Shown one piece after another: positions 1 through 13,224 of a stretch of DNA of 64,000 nucleotides. Below the pieces are notes generated by a model. That model saw only the letters and a list, made by a program, of their open reading frames with translations. It was not told the origin of the DNA and ran no database searches. How positions within the stretch are numbered: position 1 is the first letter of the stretch; every line of letters begins with the position of its first letter. The translations under genes and the position numbers were made by a program. This stretch comes from Octopus vulgaris (taxonomy: Eukaryota), in contig OX597824.1 in the NCBI GenBank assembly GCA_951406725.2, forward strand, positions 71,486,001 to 71,550,000, given 5' to 3'.

Positions 1-129
1 ATGTGCCTCGAAAAATTTGTCCACTTTGTTAAATATTTCCCTTGCAGTTGTTTTGGTGCTGAGGGTTTCAAAAACAGGAATTTGTTACTGAGTGTATGTA
101 TATTATGGTGATATCAGTTTGGCTCATAT

Positions 130-420
130 TGCTATCACAGTGAATTCCCCAGCTGAATTGAAGAACAGGGTATTTCTAGACTTAAGTAACAATTATATTT
201 CATATAAATGGTTGTGTGAAAGGGCAATTCTTGCTCCAAAAAGTGAGACAGAAGCAAGGATTAACCATGAATTAATGAATAAGTTTCCAACAGTACAAAT
301 CAGTTGATTCAGTCCTTGATGAAAATCAAGCTGTCCATTACCCAACAGAGTTCCTTAATTCTCTTGAGCCACATGGAACTCCTCCACATAAACTTGTTTT
401 GAGTCCCAATAATGCTTCTG
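130..420 (+). mobile_element. Helitron RepHel (PIF1-like helicase) relic, frameshifted
   Basis: WLCERAILAPK...INHELM, then in another frame [33 protein letters not shown]. These are typical Helitron helicase motifs. Confidence 0.85.
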
Positions 421-1040
421 TTAACAATAAAGCTTGCCTCTCACTATTTTGGAAGAAATCCAAAGTGCATGTGGGTGTTGTTTTGTCTGTAGATAAACCT
501 CTATGAATTGATAACTGCTGAGAAGACAGTTCTGTCAGAGCACGTTGTCAATGCAAAATAACTATGCCTTATAAAGCCCAGCCACCATGCAGGATGAGAG
601 TGGGTGTCTAGCAAAGGGCAAGGTCATGCGGGAACATGCAACAGTGAGGATAACAACAAGAGACAGGCAAATGTGTGGATCGCAATAGTGGAGTGGTTAA
701 TCATGTGAGTGTAAAATATTGACAGCATATGCACTATCAACCGTTATACCTGCATATTTTCCATTGGCTTTTTAAATGAGTGTGTAGGAGTGGCATGGTT
801 TTTGAGATCAATGACAAAAAAGGATGATAGCATGCAAAAAATTGAAAGTCTTGAAATTTTAAAACTTAACTGTCCCAAGCCACCTGTTTTCATAATACTT
901 CAGTGTCTCCTTGCGGTCCCCCTAAAATCTCTTTGCAGTCCCCTAGGGGACCATGGACCCCAGTTTGAGAACCACTGTTTTAAGCCTTTAATAATATTGA
1001 ATTCTTAAAATGAAAATTCTGTTGTTTTATTTCATTGCAG

Positions 1041-1163
1041 GAGAACATATTAAAAATTGGAGGAAACGATATTTCCTTCTACGGAAAAATGGTGCCTTCT
1101 TCGGTTTTCGGGCAAAACCTGAGAATGACGCCACAGAACCTCTTAATAATTTCACAGTTAAGG
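1041..1163 (+). CDS. AKT: Akt/PKB coding exon, PH domain N-terminal part: (G)EHIKNWRKRYFLLRKNGAFFGFRAKPENDATEPLNNFTVK(G)
   Basis: Acceptor ttcattgcag|, donor |gtaagc, phase 1 at both ends. Peptide aligns with the human AKT1 GEYIKTWRPRYFLL...PLNNFSVA segment. The first coding exon is upstream of the window. Confidence 0.97.
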
Positions 1164-1941
1164 GTAAGCTTCTCTTTCACTTTTTCTTTGGTTTTTTTTT
1201 TGGTCTTTTAATGTTGTAGGATTTTTCAATTATTTTTTAGGTGGGATGGGTTTTTTTTTAAAAAATGTAGGATTTTTCTTTTGTGAGATTCTTAATGTAA
1301 AATCATGTTGAAACACATTGTATGTGAAGAGTCATTTTCCCAATAAATATACATGCATGCTAATTCTACTGTACCTATTATTATTATTATTATTATGATG
1401 ATGATCAATCAACTACTCACCTGTTTGACCGACCACTTGGTTAATCAATGAATTGCTTCGTCAGAGGCCTTTTGTTGTTATTCTCTTTACAAATTCTCTT
1501 TACTCCAGGTTTCACCTGTTGTTTTCAAAATTTTCTTCATTTAAGTTACCATTTGTCTTTTGCTTAGTTTACTCACAGAAATTGTTTAGCCTCAGTGCAG
1601 CAGCCTTGGGTAAACTGGCTTATGAGCAATACTATTCCAGCCTTGACCATCATATCTATTTCCCAATGTACACTGAATGCAGTGTGGAGACACATGGGGC
1701 ACAGTGGTTTGTGTGCTGGGCTGACAATTGTTAAAGTCATGGGTTCAGTTCTCAGATGAGGCAGCATCGTGTTCTTGAGCAAGTCACTCATTTTCACATT
1801 ATTCCTGTCCACTCAGTTGAAAATGGGTAGCAGTGTGAGTCATTTAAAAGCTATAAAAACTGGAGTTAGCTCTGGCCTAACATGCCTATTGATACTCAAT
1901 ACAAGCCTGTATTATTCAATGTGTCCTTTTCTAAGGTTGTA

Positions 1942-1979
<38 letters not shown>

Positions 1980-2939
1980 CTTTTATATTTTACTTGTTTC
2001 AGACATTAGACTGCGACCACAGTGCTGAAGAATTTTTAGTTGAATGTATTGATCCCAGTATTTATTTTTTTTAAAGACTGGTACTTATTCCATTGGTCAC
2101 TTTTGCCAAACCACTGTTATGAAGACATTCACCCACCAGCACCAACTATCAAACAGTATGTGAGGGTGGAGGACAAGCACATACAAAGACACACACACAC
2201 ATACACGAGCTTCCTTCAGTTTCCATCTACTAAATCCACTCATGGCTTTGATCAGTCTAAGACTATAGTAGAAGACATTTGTCCAAGATGCTACACAGTG
2301 GGACAACCTGGAACCATGTGGTTGGGAAGCAGGCTTCTTACCATACAGTTTCTCTCCTATTCAGGTATCAATAGCAAAAACTCAGAATACAAAGAAAGGT
2401 CTGCATGTTGCATGGCATTTTCTCTGATGCTGTATGATGATTCTGCTATCCACCTCCTGGCTTTTGGGTAGTCCCATTGCACAGTACCTTGTTGAAGTAT
2501 CATGTGCTCGGGTCATCCAAGGCTTGTAAAGGGAGTTAGGTTGATGGAAACTGTGCTGAAGTCTGCTGATTTGGTCGTACTTGTCTCTGAGTTGGTAGGT
2601 TTGATCTGTCAACTGGTTTTAACACACCTTTTGTCAGGTGGTTGTGTTGAGCTGGAAAATGGTCGATAGACTTGATCCTGACAGATTACTGGTACTTCTT
2701 TCGGTTAACTAGCCCAGATACATAGAAGATGGCTGTAATATGAAGTGGGAAATATTCTGTAAGTATATCAAAAATAGTTGTTCAGTCAAGTCCACAAACT
2801 ATTCTTGTGTTGGAATACTGTCCTTCTCAGTCATATTGTCTTCTAGTCAAATAGTTGTGCCCTGTTACTTTTTGTGGTCGATCAAAATCAAAACAAATCA
2901 AAATAAATTAACATCAATGGAATTTGTATCTTTGGGGTA

Positions 2940-3390
2940 CCAGTGCCGGTGGCACACAAGAAAACCATCCGAACGTGGCCGTAGCCAGTACTGCATCGAC
3001 TGGCCTCCGTGCTGTGGGCACGTAACAAACACCATCCGATTGTGGCCGTTCGCCAGCCTCATCTGGCACCTGTGTCCGTGGCACATAAAAACACCATCCG
3101 AGCGTGGCCGTCTGCCAGCCTCGTCTGGCACCTGTGTTGGTGGCACATAAAAAACACCATCCGAGAGTGGCCGTTCGCCAGCCTCGTCTGGCACCTGTGT
3201 CGGTGGCACATAAAATCACCCACTACACCCTCGGAGTGGTTGGCGTTAGGAAGGGCATCCAGCTGTAGAAACACTGCCAGATCTGACTGGCCTGGTGCAG
3301 CCTTCGGGCTCCCCAGACTCCAGTTGAACCATCCAACCCATGCTAGCATGGAAAGCGGACGTTAAATGATGATGATGATGATGATGATGA
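2940..3390 (+). repeat. Interspersed repeat containing about 4.5 tandem copies of a ~60-bp unit (gtggcacataaaaacaccatccgagcgtggccgt..gccagcctcgtctggcacctgtg), ending in a (GAT)n tail
   Basis: Tandem units visible at 2940-3215. The 3' part (ggaagggcatccagctgtagaaac...gcatggaaagcggacgttaaatgatgatg) recurs near 7530, 35555 and 48335. Confidence 0.8.
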
Positions 3391-6300
3391 AGTCTTCATC
3401 AATCAGTGACTTCAAGCAGAAACCAGCTGTATTTTAGCGCCTTTTTTTGGTTGATCATATCTACTGGAAGAATTCATCTCTAACTAATGAACTACTGCTT
3501 ATTAGTTTTATCACAAAACTTTCAACTCTGACTCATCAATTTATGGCAGCACCTACTCTGATTCCTCTGTTTGCAATTAGACTAATCAATAGATTTCTTA
3601 TAATGAAGCACTCAGCATATATGACCATTATGAATCATCAGGCTACCCTAACCTGTTAATATTTGGACTTAAAGGATATAGTTATGTCATTGTGGTTAAT
3701 ATATGTATATATACATACAGTATTTATTAATTCTGATGCATGCTTCAAATTTTAAGGGGAGGGCGACATGTATTTAATTAAATAATTTATTGACCTTTGA
3801 GAGATGAAAGACATTTTTGACTTGGCATAATTTTAATTTAGCAGTAGGTGGACACAAATGAAATACCAAATAATATTTAGTTTTGTCTTTTACATTTTCC
3901 AGTCATGGACTGCGGCCATGCTGGGGCACTTCCTTAAAGAGTTTTAGTCGAATGAATCGACCCCAGTACTTATTTTTTTAAGGTCTGGTATCTATTCTGT
4001 TGGTTTCTTGCTGAAATGCTAAGTTACTGGGGTGTAATCAAACCAACACTTATTTTCAAGAAATGTTAAGGAAACAGACACGCTCACACAAGATACGCTC
4101 ATACACACGCACACACACATCTATATGATGGTCTTCTTTCAGTTTCTGTCTAACTTATCCACTCACAAAGCTGTGATTGGTCCAGGGCTATAGTAGAAGA
4201 CACTGCCTAAGATGTCACACAGTGGGTTGAACCCAGAACTTCTTACTACACAGCCATAAATATTGATAGTGGTTTTTAACTTAGGTGACTCAGACCTTGA
4301 TGCCTGTCCACCTCAAACCAGCATGGAAAACAGATGTAAAATGATGAGGAATTTCGGGATGATAGTGGCGAAGGCCACAGATTTAGTGGGAGGGTGTAGT
4401 TGATTTAATCAGCCTGACTGGCTTTTACTCCATTGACTTTGGAGGTGTGAAAGCTGAAGTTGACTTGCACAGAAGTTGAACTCAGAATGCAAACAATTGT
4501 AGCTAAGTATCACATGCTTTTAATCTGGTGTTCTACTGTTTATACCACATTACTGTTTTAATAATAACTATTGCTAATGTAGGGACAAGGCTGCAAACTT
4601 GGGAGGATGGGTTTCCAGTTAATTGATCCCCTGTGCTGCACTGGTATCTATTTTATCAACCCTAGAAAGACATCAGGCAAAATCATGATTAACCAAGGTA
4701 TACTGATCCCTCTGTGCAAAGGTGTTGGCAACAGATGGACCACATGACCAGTGTAACAAGTCACTTCTATATTAAGCGAATGAGCAGATGCTCCAATTTG
4801 GTGAGATGAAAATTTGGGTAAAACATAACATGAGCCTCAGAAGGTAATATACAAGGGAAACAATGTGTATATTCACCACTTCTGCTTAACTTTTCATGAG
4901 TAGCTTCCTCTCCACCCATTTCTGAATCAGAATGGCCACCCTGCTTGTAGCCTTACTCTACGTCCAATCCATAATCTATATATAGATTATGGTAACATCC
5001 AAGAATTACTTATCTTACGTAATTTGGCCTTTGATTCTAGTTTAGTTTTGGATGTGGTTGATTAAATCAGCCATAGTACTTAATTGCTTTGTAGACCTTG
5101 AGGGTTGGCAACAGAAAAGGCAGCTGGTTGTAGACAATCCACTTCAGTAAACCCATCGAACCCATGAATGATGATGAGGAGGATGATGAAAGGCAAAGCT
5201 AATGTCAGTGGGATTCGTATGGCATTTTGTCCAGTACTTTACCAATTCTACCATTAAGCTATAACAATGATGACAGTTATTATAAGGTTTATTTATTGTT
5301 GTATCTTCATCATCATTACTATTACTCTTATTATAGATGCAGTTAATAACTATGTGGTTGGAAAGTTTGCTTTCTACTATAGCCCCAGGCCAAAGCCTTG
5401 AGTGGATTTGGTAGATGGAAACTGAAGAATCTCTCAGTGTGTGCATGTGTGTGTGTGTGTTTATCTTTTACTTGTTTCAGTCATTGAACTGAAGCCATGC
5501 TGGGGTACTACCTTAAAGGGTTCTTAGTCAAATGAATTGACCCCAGTATTTTTTTTTTTATTTTGGTACTTATTCTATTGGTCTATGCCAAACTGCTAAG
5601 TTGTAGGGACATAACAAACCATCACTAGTTGTTAAGCAATAGCTGAAGACAAACAACATATAAACATATACACACATGCATAAAATATAAATGTATGTTT
5701 GTTTCCCTATGTTCAGCAGTTTGTAAACAATGGCTTCCTACTGGTGTTGTTATCTTGCAGTCCACCACGAAAGGATAATCTGGTCTTCCTGACATGTCTT
5801 GACATGTTGCATGATCTTTGTAAACAAAAGGCTCCTTAAACAATGTTGTTTGTTTCCAGTTTTCCACATAGAATATGTCCAAGCTGTTAGCTGTTCAGTA
5901 GACTAGGAGATCATTACCTCACTCAGGAACTAGTGGGGTTTGGCAACACGGAGGGCAATTTCGCCATAGGAGATCTCTGCCTCAACATACTCTCATTTGA
6001 TCAATATAAGCTTGGAACAGTAGACATTAATACATTGATAGTGATGATAGTGATGAAATTATAATTATAGCTATAGTTTCAAACATAGTTGTAAAGTCTC
6101 TTTTTTCAAACTTAGAGATTAATTAGGTCAAGCATAGCCTATCTCAATTTCCATAGTGCTTAGATAAAACTGAGAGTAAAGACCCCCTTCCTGGATGAAG
6201 TGCTATTCCATCCCAAGGTTAAACCTACTTCCTGACTGTAGCTGTGTTGATACTCATTTACAACTGAGTTGATTGAAGAAATGTGAAATTAAGTGCCTTG

Positions 6301-7845
6301 CTCAAAGACATAATACACCACCTGGTCCAGGAATTGAACCCATGGCTTAAAGATTGTCAACATAACACACAAACCACCAGGCCATGTGCCTTCACAAGCT
6401 TTGAAGTAGGGACACAGTTTCTTTTGATCTCATTATATTAGGGATTATTTATGTTATTGCTTCAGAAAAGATTGAAAATATATTGATTTCCATTCAAGTT
6501 TAGTATCTGGATTCAAGAGTACTACCTATTTAGTGCACTGCTTGACTGAACTGTGAATTCATTACAGTATCTGTCTTGACAGTGGTTGTAGTGGTGGTAA
6601 AGATGAGGACAATAGTACAACAACGACAAAACATTGGCATTTAACAGTTGTATCGAATAGAAGCCAAGAACAATGATAATTGTAAGATGTATGTCACAGA
6701 AAGTGTGAACATGTATGTGCATGTATTGTGTATGTATATGCTTACATCTGTGTGTGTGTACATGCATGCATGTGCATGTTTGTGTGCATGCATGAGTGTG
6801 TTTAACACAGTGACCTACTACATGAACACATCTTGAATGTGTGTCATGTTAAGAATATTTTGTAAGGGTGATTTGCTAAACTTGTAATGATTATCAAGAG
6901 AACAACTTGGCAAAAGATAGAGGAAAATAGTAAGATGTAAGGGGAGAAAGTATGCAAAATAAGGGCCAGACATATAGATGATGTTTAGTCTACATATGTT
7001 TGACTGGGGTCTGTGATATATTTAACCCCCAATTTAGTCCCAATGAAGCAGATTAGGATCAGATATGTTTCAGTCATGACCATCTCATCATTTTGTACAC
7101 TAGGGACTACATTCATTGGCTATTTTATCTTGCTTTATTTAAGACTATAGGGGTTATTCCAGAAAAATTTGGTTGTTGTCTCTAGCATGTAGAGGCTTTC
7201 AATAGCTTTGAGTGATGTATACTCACCTTGTACCATGAGAGTATGCTCTGGCATCCTATCACCACCATCGTTATCTGCCTTCCACTTACTCCCACCCATC
7301 ATCAGTGTAGGGTGGCCATATATTACCTCTATAAGAAGACAGCTGGGCTTGTCTTTCTATCATACTTTAGCCTTCAATATTGGCATAAAGCTACCTCCTC
7401 CCATCTGAAATGCATCACTCATTCAATCAAGGGTACTTTTATCCTTTCTTTTCCTTGTCTTGCAAGTTATTTGCTGATTTCACAATCGCCAATGTCACAA
7501 AAAAATGCACCCAGTACATACTGTAAAGTGGTTTGCATTAAGAAGGACACCCAGTTATAGAAACCACTCCAAAGCTGCAGCTTCGTAGCTCAAAATGTCC
7601 AACTCATGCCAGCATGGAAAATGGACACTAAATGGTGATGATATTTTGTTAAAAATTTTAACCCTATTACCCTGAGAGGGAGGAGGCAATTGGTGTTTAT
7701 CTTAGCTCCTCATTGAGGACATATGAAATGAAAACAAACAGAGACTGGCAGTAAAATTATTAAACAAAAACACCCAATTGATTGAGGTTATTTTCTGGAA
7801 TTGGCTATCTGTTCATTTAATACTGGTATTGCATCATCTTCTACA

Positions 7846-8060
7846 AGGTGGTGAGCTGGCAGAAACGTTAGCATGCCAGGCGTAATGCTTAGCAGTATTT
7901 CATCATTACGTTCTGAGTTCAAATTCTGCTGAGGTTGACTTTGCCTTTCATCCTTTCGGAGTCAATTAATTAAGTACCAGTTGCGTACTGGGGTCAATCT
8001 AATTAACTGGCCCCCTTCCCCAAAATTTCGGGCCTTGTGCCTAGAGTAGAAAAGGTTATT
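7846..8060 (+). mobile_element. tRNA-type SINE, family B (aggtggtgagctggcagaaacgttagc...ctgagttcaaattc...)
   Basis: B-box-like gagttcaaattc. Many similar copies in the window. Confidence 0.8.
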
Positions 8061-8412
8061 ACCTTCTGCTTTAAACTTTTCATCTTCAATTGATTTCGAT
8101 TTATCATGATGTATTTGATCAAATAATACCTAACATTATACTGTCTCTGAGCAGACATTTATAAACAATGTAATCTGCACTGCTGACCTGTCTTTTTTTC
8201 TGATAGACCAATGTTTTTTCTTAATTTGACCAGATTTTAATAGGGTTTGTCAATTCAATAAAGTATAAAGATTGATTATTTCAGTAAACCAGGAATATGG
8301 CCTGAAAAGGTTAATGTTCCAAGTGTTTCAAGATATTCATGGTCTAAAATTCTAAGTTCTTGAGGAAATATTTTTTAACTGATAGTGCAGATGGAAAAAA
8401 ATTATTGAATCT

Positions 8413-8875
8413 AATAATAATAATAATCCTCTCTACTAAAGGCACAAGGCCTGAAAATTTGTGGAAAGGGGACTAGTCAATTACATTGACTCCAGTGTTT
8501 CACTGGTACTTAATTTATTGACTCTGAAAGGATGAAAGGCAAAGTTGACCTTGGTTTAATTTGAACTCAGAATGTAGTGACAGACGAAATACCGCTAAGC
8601 ATTTCATCCAGCATGCTAACGATTCTGCCTGCTCACCACCTTAATAATAATAATAATCCTTTCTACTATAGGCACATGGTCTGAAATTTTAAGAGAAGGA
8701 GCTAGTCAATTAGATCAACTCCAGTACGCAGCTGGTACTTAATTTATCGATCCTGAAAGGGTAAAAGGCAAAGTCAATCTTGGCAGAATTTGAACTCAGA
8801 ACACAAAGACAGATGAAATGCCACTAAGCATTTTGCCCAACGTGCTAATGATTCTGTCAGCTTGCCACCTTTAAT
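8413..8875 (-). mobile_element. Two tandem family-B SINE copies
   Basis: Two ~230-bp copies, each bounded by (AAT)n, reverse complement of 7846-8060. Confidence 0.8.
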
Positions 8876-9639
8876 AATAATAATAGAATACAAAACAGTA
8901 GTAGAATCAATCTTGGTAGCAAATATGGCTCAAAAACTCAACAACAACACATCCTAGAAAAACAAACTGAAACCTAATGCTAGCAACCTGACCACATCCT
9001 GATTGCAAACAGCAACCTGACGCCAATTGTCAGAAAAATTTAAGTTTGGAAATTTAAACCAATGAGAAACAGAAACTATGGCATTCCTTTCTTTCTCTCC
9101 TTGTATTGAAAATTAAAAATAGAAATAAAAATATGAAAAAGCAATTTTAGTAGCAACCCCAACTGCCTGTGCAATTATTTTCATTCAGATTATAATGTGA
9201 AGTATGTCTTGAATGTTAACCTTACACTGAACCTCAGAAGATTATTATTACAAATGGAACAACAACAAAGTATTCTGAAGAACAGAATACTTGGAGGAAA
9301 TATTTATAAACAAAATGAAAGTAGAATGTTGTGTTTTCAATAAGTAAAATAAAGGTTGTTCAATTACTTATTTAAATATGTATGTTATGAATACATAAAT
9401 ATGCATGCACACACACATACAAGAGGAGTTATGAAGTTAGGTACATGGATATAAGTTGTTGTAAGCAGCAGGAGTACTGTATAATTGATGTTTGTGTCAA
9501 CGTCCTGAAACACCAATTGCAAATCCTATTTGGGTCACTTCAAGGGGCTTCAGACATTCCTTTTGTATCATCATATTATGTCCATTTTTTCCTTGCTTGC
9601 ATGCATTTGACAGAATCTTTCCAGTACATTACCCCACTA

Positions 9640-9960
9640 ATCACTTTTTTTTGTCATCTCTTTTGTGAAGTCCAGCCACCTGAGATTAGCTTTCTCATTT
9701 TTTCCTATGTTTTAATTGGTCTTCCTTTTCCATAGGTTTCTTCTAATTGGATCATTTGCCACTTTTTAACTTCCATGTGTTTTACAGTGCCCATGTCTGT
9801 ACAAGCTTGGTCTTGCCCCTCGCACACTACAGCTAATTCCTTGGGTACTCAGGTTATCTTTCAGCTTATTTGTGCGTTCATCATTCATGTGGACTGATAC
9901 TACGCATCCAATGGAGCCTCCTACTTCCTCATTTCGATGCAGCCTTTACACATCTTCCAT
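9640..9960 (-). mobile_element. Degraded RTE-type LINE 3' fragment
   Basis: Minus-strand translation ...VKKWQMIQLEETYGKGRPIKT* resembles the RTE C-terminal GRP.KTW motif. Confidence 0.5.
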
Positions 9961-10434
9961 TCTTTAGGTTACCTCAGTAAAAGAAGCTGTTAACTACTTC
10001 TAGAAAACTTTAGAAAGAATTTATTTTGTGAATGGTCTTGCTACAACTATTCCTGTGCATCAGCTACAAAGTTGTGTGTTCTACACTGCCTGTAAGAACA
10101 GTTCTTACAGGTTTCTACTCACTTTCCATCTCCCAATTTCACTCACAAGGCTTTGGTGTATATGAAGCTATTTTAGAAGACAACTGTCCAAGGTCCCATT
10201 GAATGCAATACCAGGCACTTATGAAGCAAATTTCTTAACCATGCATTTCATGTCTGTGGCCATGCTTTCAAATTGCTTGTGAACACAAAATATCTTTCAT
10301 TGGTGAAGTTTCTTGAATGTTTTAGGGAAATTATCAGTGCAAATTAAAAAAAAAATTATATGGTTACTTTTGAAAATTACCTACTTGACAATTGCATTTC
10401 TAGCTCTGCCATGAAGGAAGCTTTACTTCTTGGA

Positions 10435-10595
10435 CTCCCGTTTTTGTGTGCAACAGTGTTGTTAAGCCTCCATTAACAGCACCGTATGCAGGTCCTTTCC
10501 ATTTTCTTTCAGGCATGGATAAATTTTTCACTATAGACCTTAATGGTTGTAAAGACACTATATCAGTGGATAGACTAAAAAAGGCCTTCATTGAG
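10435..10595 (+). mobile_element. Ty3/Gypsy integrase C-terminal (GPY/F) relic
   Basis: VFVCNSVVKPPLTAPYAGPFHFLSGMDKFFTIDLNGCKDTISVDRLKKAF resembles the L.PPY.GPF.V...TVSIDRLKPA motif. Confidence 0.8.
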
Positions 10596-11000
10596 AAAAC
10601 TGTCCCTGTTCCCAGGCAAACGACTCACAGCATTAAAAACACAGCCCACACACTTACCTTCACATTTCATGACTACCATTGGGATTGATCAGATACCAGA
10701 CAAGGATTCTGGATTATTTTTCCAGTTTTTTCACTTAATTTTTCAGAGCAGTTGGGTTCATTTTTAATATTCTCATTCGTGAGAGCAGTTGAGTTTATTT
10801 CAGGTATTCTCATTTTAAAAATCATCCCTGGCTAATTGTTGAGAGGATGTTGGTGTTGCCTTGGTGGAGTTTTGCGCTCTCTGAGTGCTTTTGTTATTGT
10901 TGTCATCATCATCATTATCATCATTATTATTATTATTATAAAATGGCTTCTTAATGTCAGAATCCTGTCTAATTGCTTCTGTTAACTTTTCTTCTTGAAG

Positions 11001-11112
11001 GATGTCAGTTGATGAAGCAGGATAAACCTCGGCCCAATACATTTATTATCAGAGGACTACAATGGACAACAGTCGTAGAACGCATGTTCTGTGTCGACAG
11101 CCCAGAAGAAAG
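11001..11112 (+). CDS. AKT: Akt/PKB coding exon, PH domain: (G)[36 protein letters not shown](R)
   Basis: Not translated in this frame in the ORF track, so translated by hand. Acceptor cttcttgaag|, donor |gtaaga, 112 nt, phase 1 to 2. Matches [40 protein letters not shown]. Confidence 0.97.
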
Positions 11113-11530
11113 GTAAGATTGGATCGTTTCATTCATGTTATTTATGCAACTCTTTGCCTGTTTGTGTCCCTATCCATTAAACTCCAAAACTTAAAAAGAG
11201 GATATGAACTCTGTGATTTCATTATCTGTCATGAAATCACTTGATGGCTGTGAAGTCAATATATTGAACTTCTGATTATATAATCATTAGTTCATAGCTT
11301 GTAGAAGACATTGAGCTGTATCTCTTTGACAGTTGACTCCATTTTGTCACATTTAAATAGCTGACATTCGATTTAGTAATTTTATTGGTTCATTACAAGC
11401 TCCATTATATCACATTTGAATGATTAAAGGTAGAAAGTCCACCCTGCTATAAAAACTTCAGCTCTAATACCATATAAGTATTTAGATTTGCCACAAAACT
11501 AGCTTTGCAAAAAAAAAAAAAATTTTGTAT

Positions 11531-11900
11531 GGTGCAGGAATGGCTGTGTGGTAAAAAGCTTGCTTCCCAACCACATGGTTCTGTGTTCAGTTCCATTGCG
11601 TGGCATCCTGGGCAAGTGTCTTCTACTTTAGCCTCAGGCCGATCAAAGCCTTGTAAGTGCATTTGGTAGATGGAAACTGAAAGAAGCTCGTTGTCCATAT
11701 ATATATATATCGGTGTGTGTGTATTTGCCCCCCCTCACTATCGCTTGACAACTAATGTTGGTGTGTTTACATCCCTGTAGCTTAGCAGTTCAGCAAAAGA
11801 GAACAAAAGAATAAGTACTAGGCTTACAAGAATAAGTCCTGGGGTTGATTTGTCCAGTATAACCACAGTCAGATGACTGAAACAAGTAAAAAAATAAAAC
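11531..11900 (+). mobile_element. tRNA-type SINE, family A (ggtgcaggaatggctgtgtggtaa...gggcaagtgtcttctac...gactgaaacaagtaaaa)
   Basis: Full-length copy with internal (TA)/(TG) microsatellite. Further copies include 1980-2350(-), 3880-4258(-), 28103-28400(+), 28760-29010(-), 29360-29710(-) and 48495-48875(+). Confidence 0.85.
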
Positions 11901-12319
11901 AATGTATGAGTAAGTGTACTTCTGACACAGTTGAACATCTTTTTGCTGATGCCAACCTTTTTTTTCAAACTCATTCCTCCATTACTCATTCCTTTAGTGG
12001 TAAGTTTCTTTACCCCAGAACTTTAAGAGTTCTCACTGAAATGAGAACTGACATTGGCATCATTTTACATCTGCTTTCCATGCTAGCTTGGGCTGAATGA
12101 GTCATTTCTGGTTTCCTAGATGGATTGGGGAACAATATCTTGCTCATAAGTTTTGTTTAGGGCTTGGTTTCAATGACAGGATGCCCTTCCTAACATCAAC
12201 CACTTTATAGAGCATACTGGGTGCACTTTTTCATGGCACCTGCACAACAGAGGTTGTTATGTCTTTGAGAAGACCAAAAGGATCCTCAAGCCCCTACAAT
12301 TAATAGAATGTATTGCATT

Positions 12320-12658
12320 CGGGTTCAGTCCCACTGCGTGGCACTTTGGGCAAGTGTCTTCTACTATAGCCTCAGGCTGACCAAAGCCTTGTGAGTGGAT
12401 TTGGTAGACAGAAACTGAAAGAAGCCTGTCGTGTATATGTATATATATGTGTGTGTCTGTGTTTGTCCTCCCAACATCGCTTGACAACTGATGCTGGTGT
12501 GTTCATGTCCCCGTAACTTAGCAGTTCGGCAAAAAGAGACCGATAGAATAAGTACTAGGCTTACAAAGAATAAGTCCTGGGGTCGATTTGCTCGAATAAA
12601 GGCGGTCCTCCAGCATGGCCACAGTCAAATGACTGAAACAAGTTAAAGAGTAAAGAGA
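12320..12658 (+). mobile_element. Family-A SINE, 5'-truncated, well preserved
   Basis: Closely matches the reverse complement of 40031-40468. Confidence 0.85.
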
Positions 12659-12998
12659 GTGTGCATTTTATTTGACACCAGCACTGGATAGAATAGGAAG
12701 AAGAGAATAACTGTCAAGAGGTGGATAAATGGTGAGAGTGAACGATGGATGTCTGTACCAAATGGCTAAGTGAGAAGTATAGAAAGAGTGAATGAGGTAC
12801 ATGCAGGTTTGATGAGGTCTCTTACTGATAGTTGGTTTGCAACTTCATTTATTAATATGTCAGTTTGAATGTGTCTCAGTCTCTTGAACAGCTCTTCTTG
12901 GTATTTCTTACATCCCTGTCTTAATAAAGGATATATATATTGTAAGTGAAGCTTAAAATTTTCCCAGTTCTCAGGTCAAATCTATATATTAGCTTATA

Positions 12999-13224
12999 TT
13001 GGGTTGGTGCATAATTATTGCGGTTTTTTTTCAATATATTTTATTCAACAAAAACAATAACAATATTTAACAAAGACATCTTTAAATGACGGTCTGACCG
13101 TCTCCCAAGCAAATGGGAAGCAGTAATTGAAGTAGATGGTGAATATGCTCCGGAATAATCATTTAAAGATGTTTTTGTTGAATATAATTTGTTGAAAAGC
13201 CGCAATAATTATGCACCAACCCAA
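12999..13224 (+). mobile_element. Internally deleted mariner element (MITE-like) with TA target duplication
   Basis: TA|ttgggttggtgcataattattgcgg ... ccgcaataattatgcaccaacccaa|TA, a perfect 25-bp TIR resembling Hsmar1/MADE1 ends. Internal remnant RLPSKWEAVIEVDGEYAPE* is a mariner transposase C-terminus. Confidence 0.92.

Noticed and set aside
2940-3215. ~60-bp repeats resembling a CRISPR array, with overlapping ORFs
   Set aside because: Contiguous tandem units without unique spacers, eukaryotic context, embedded in an interspersed repeat.
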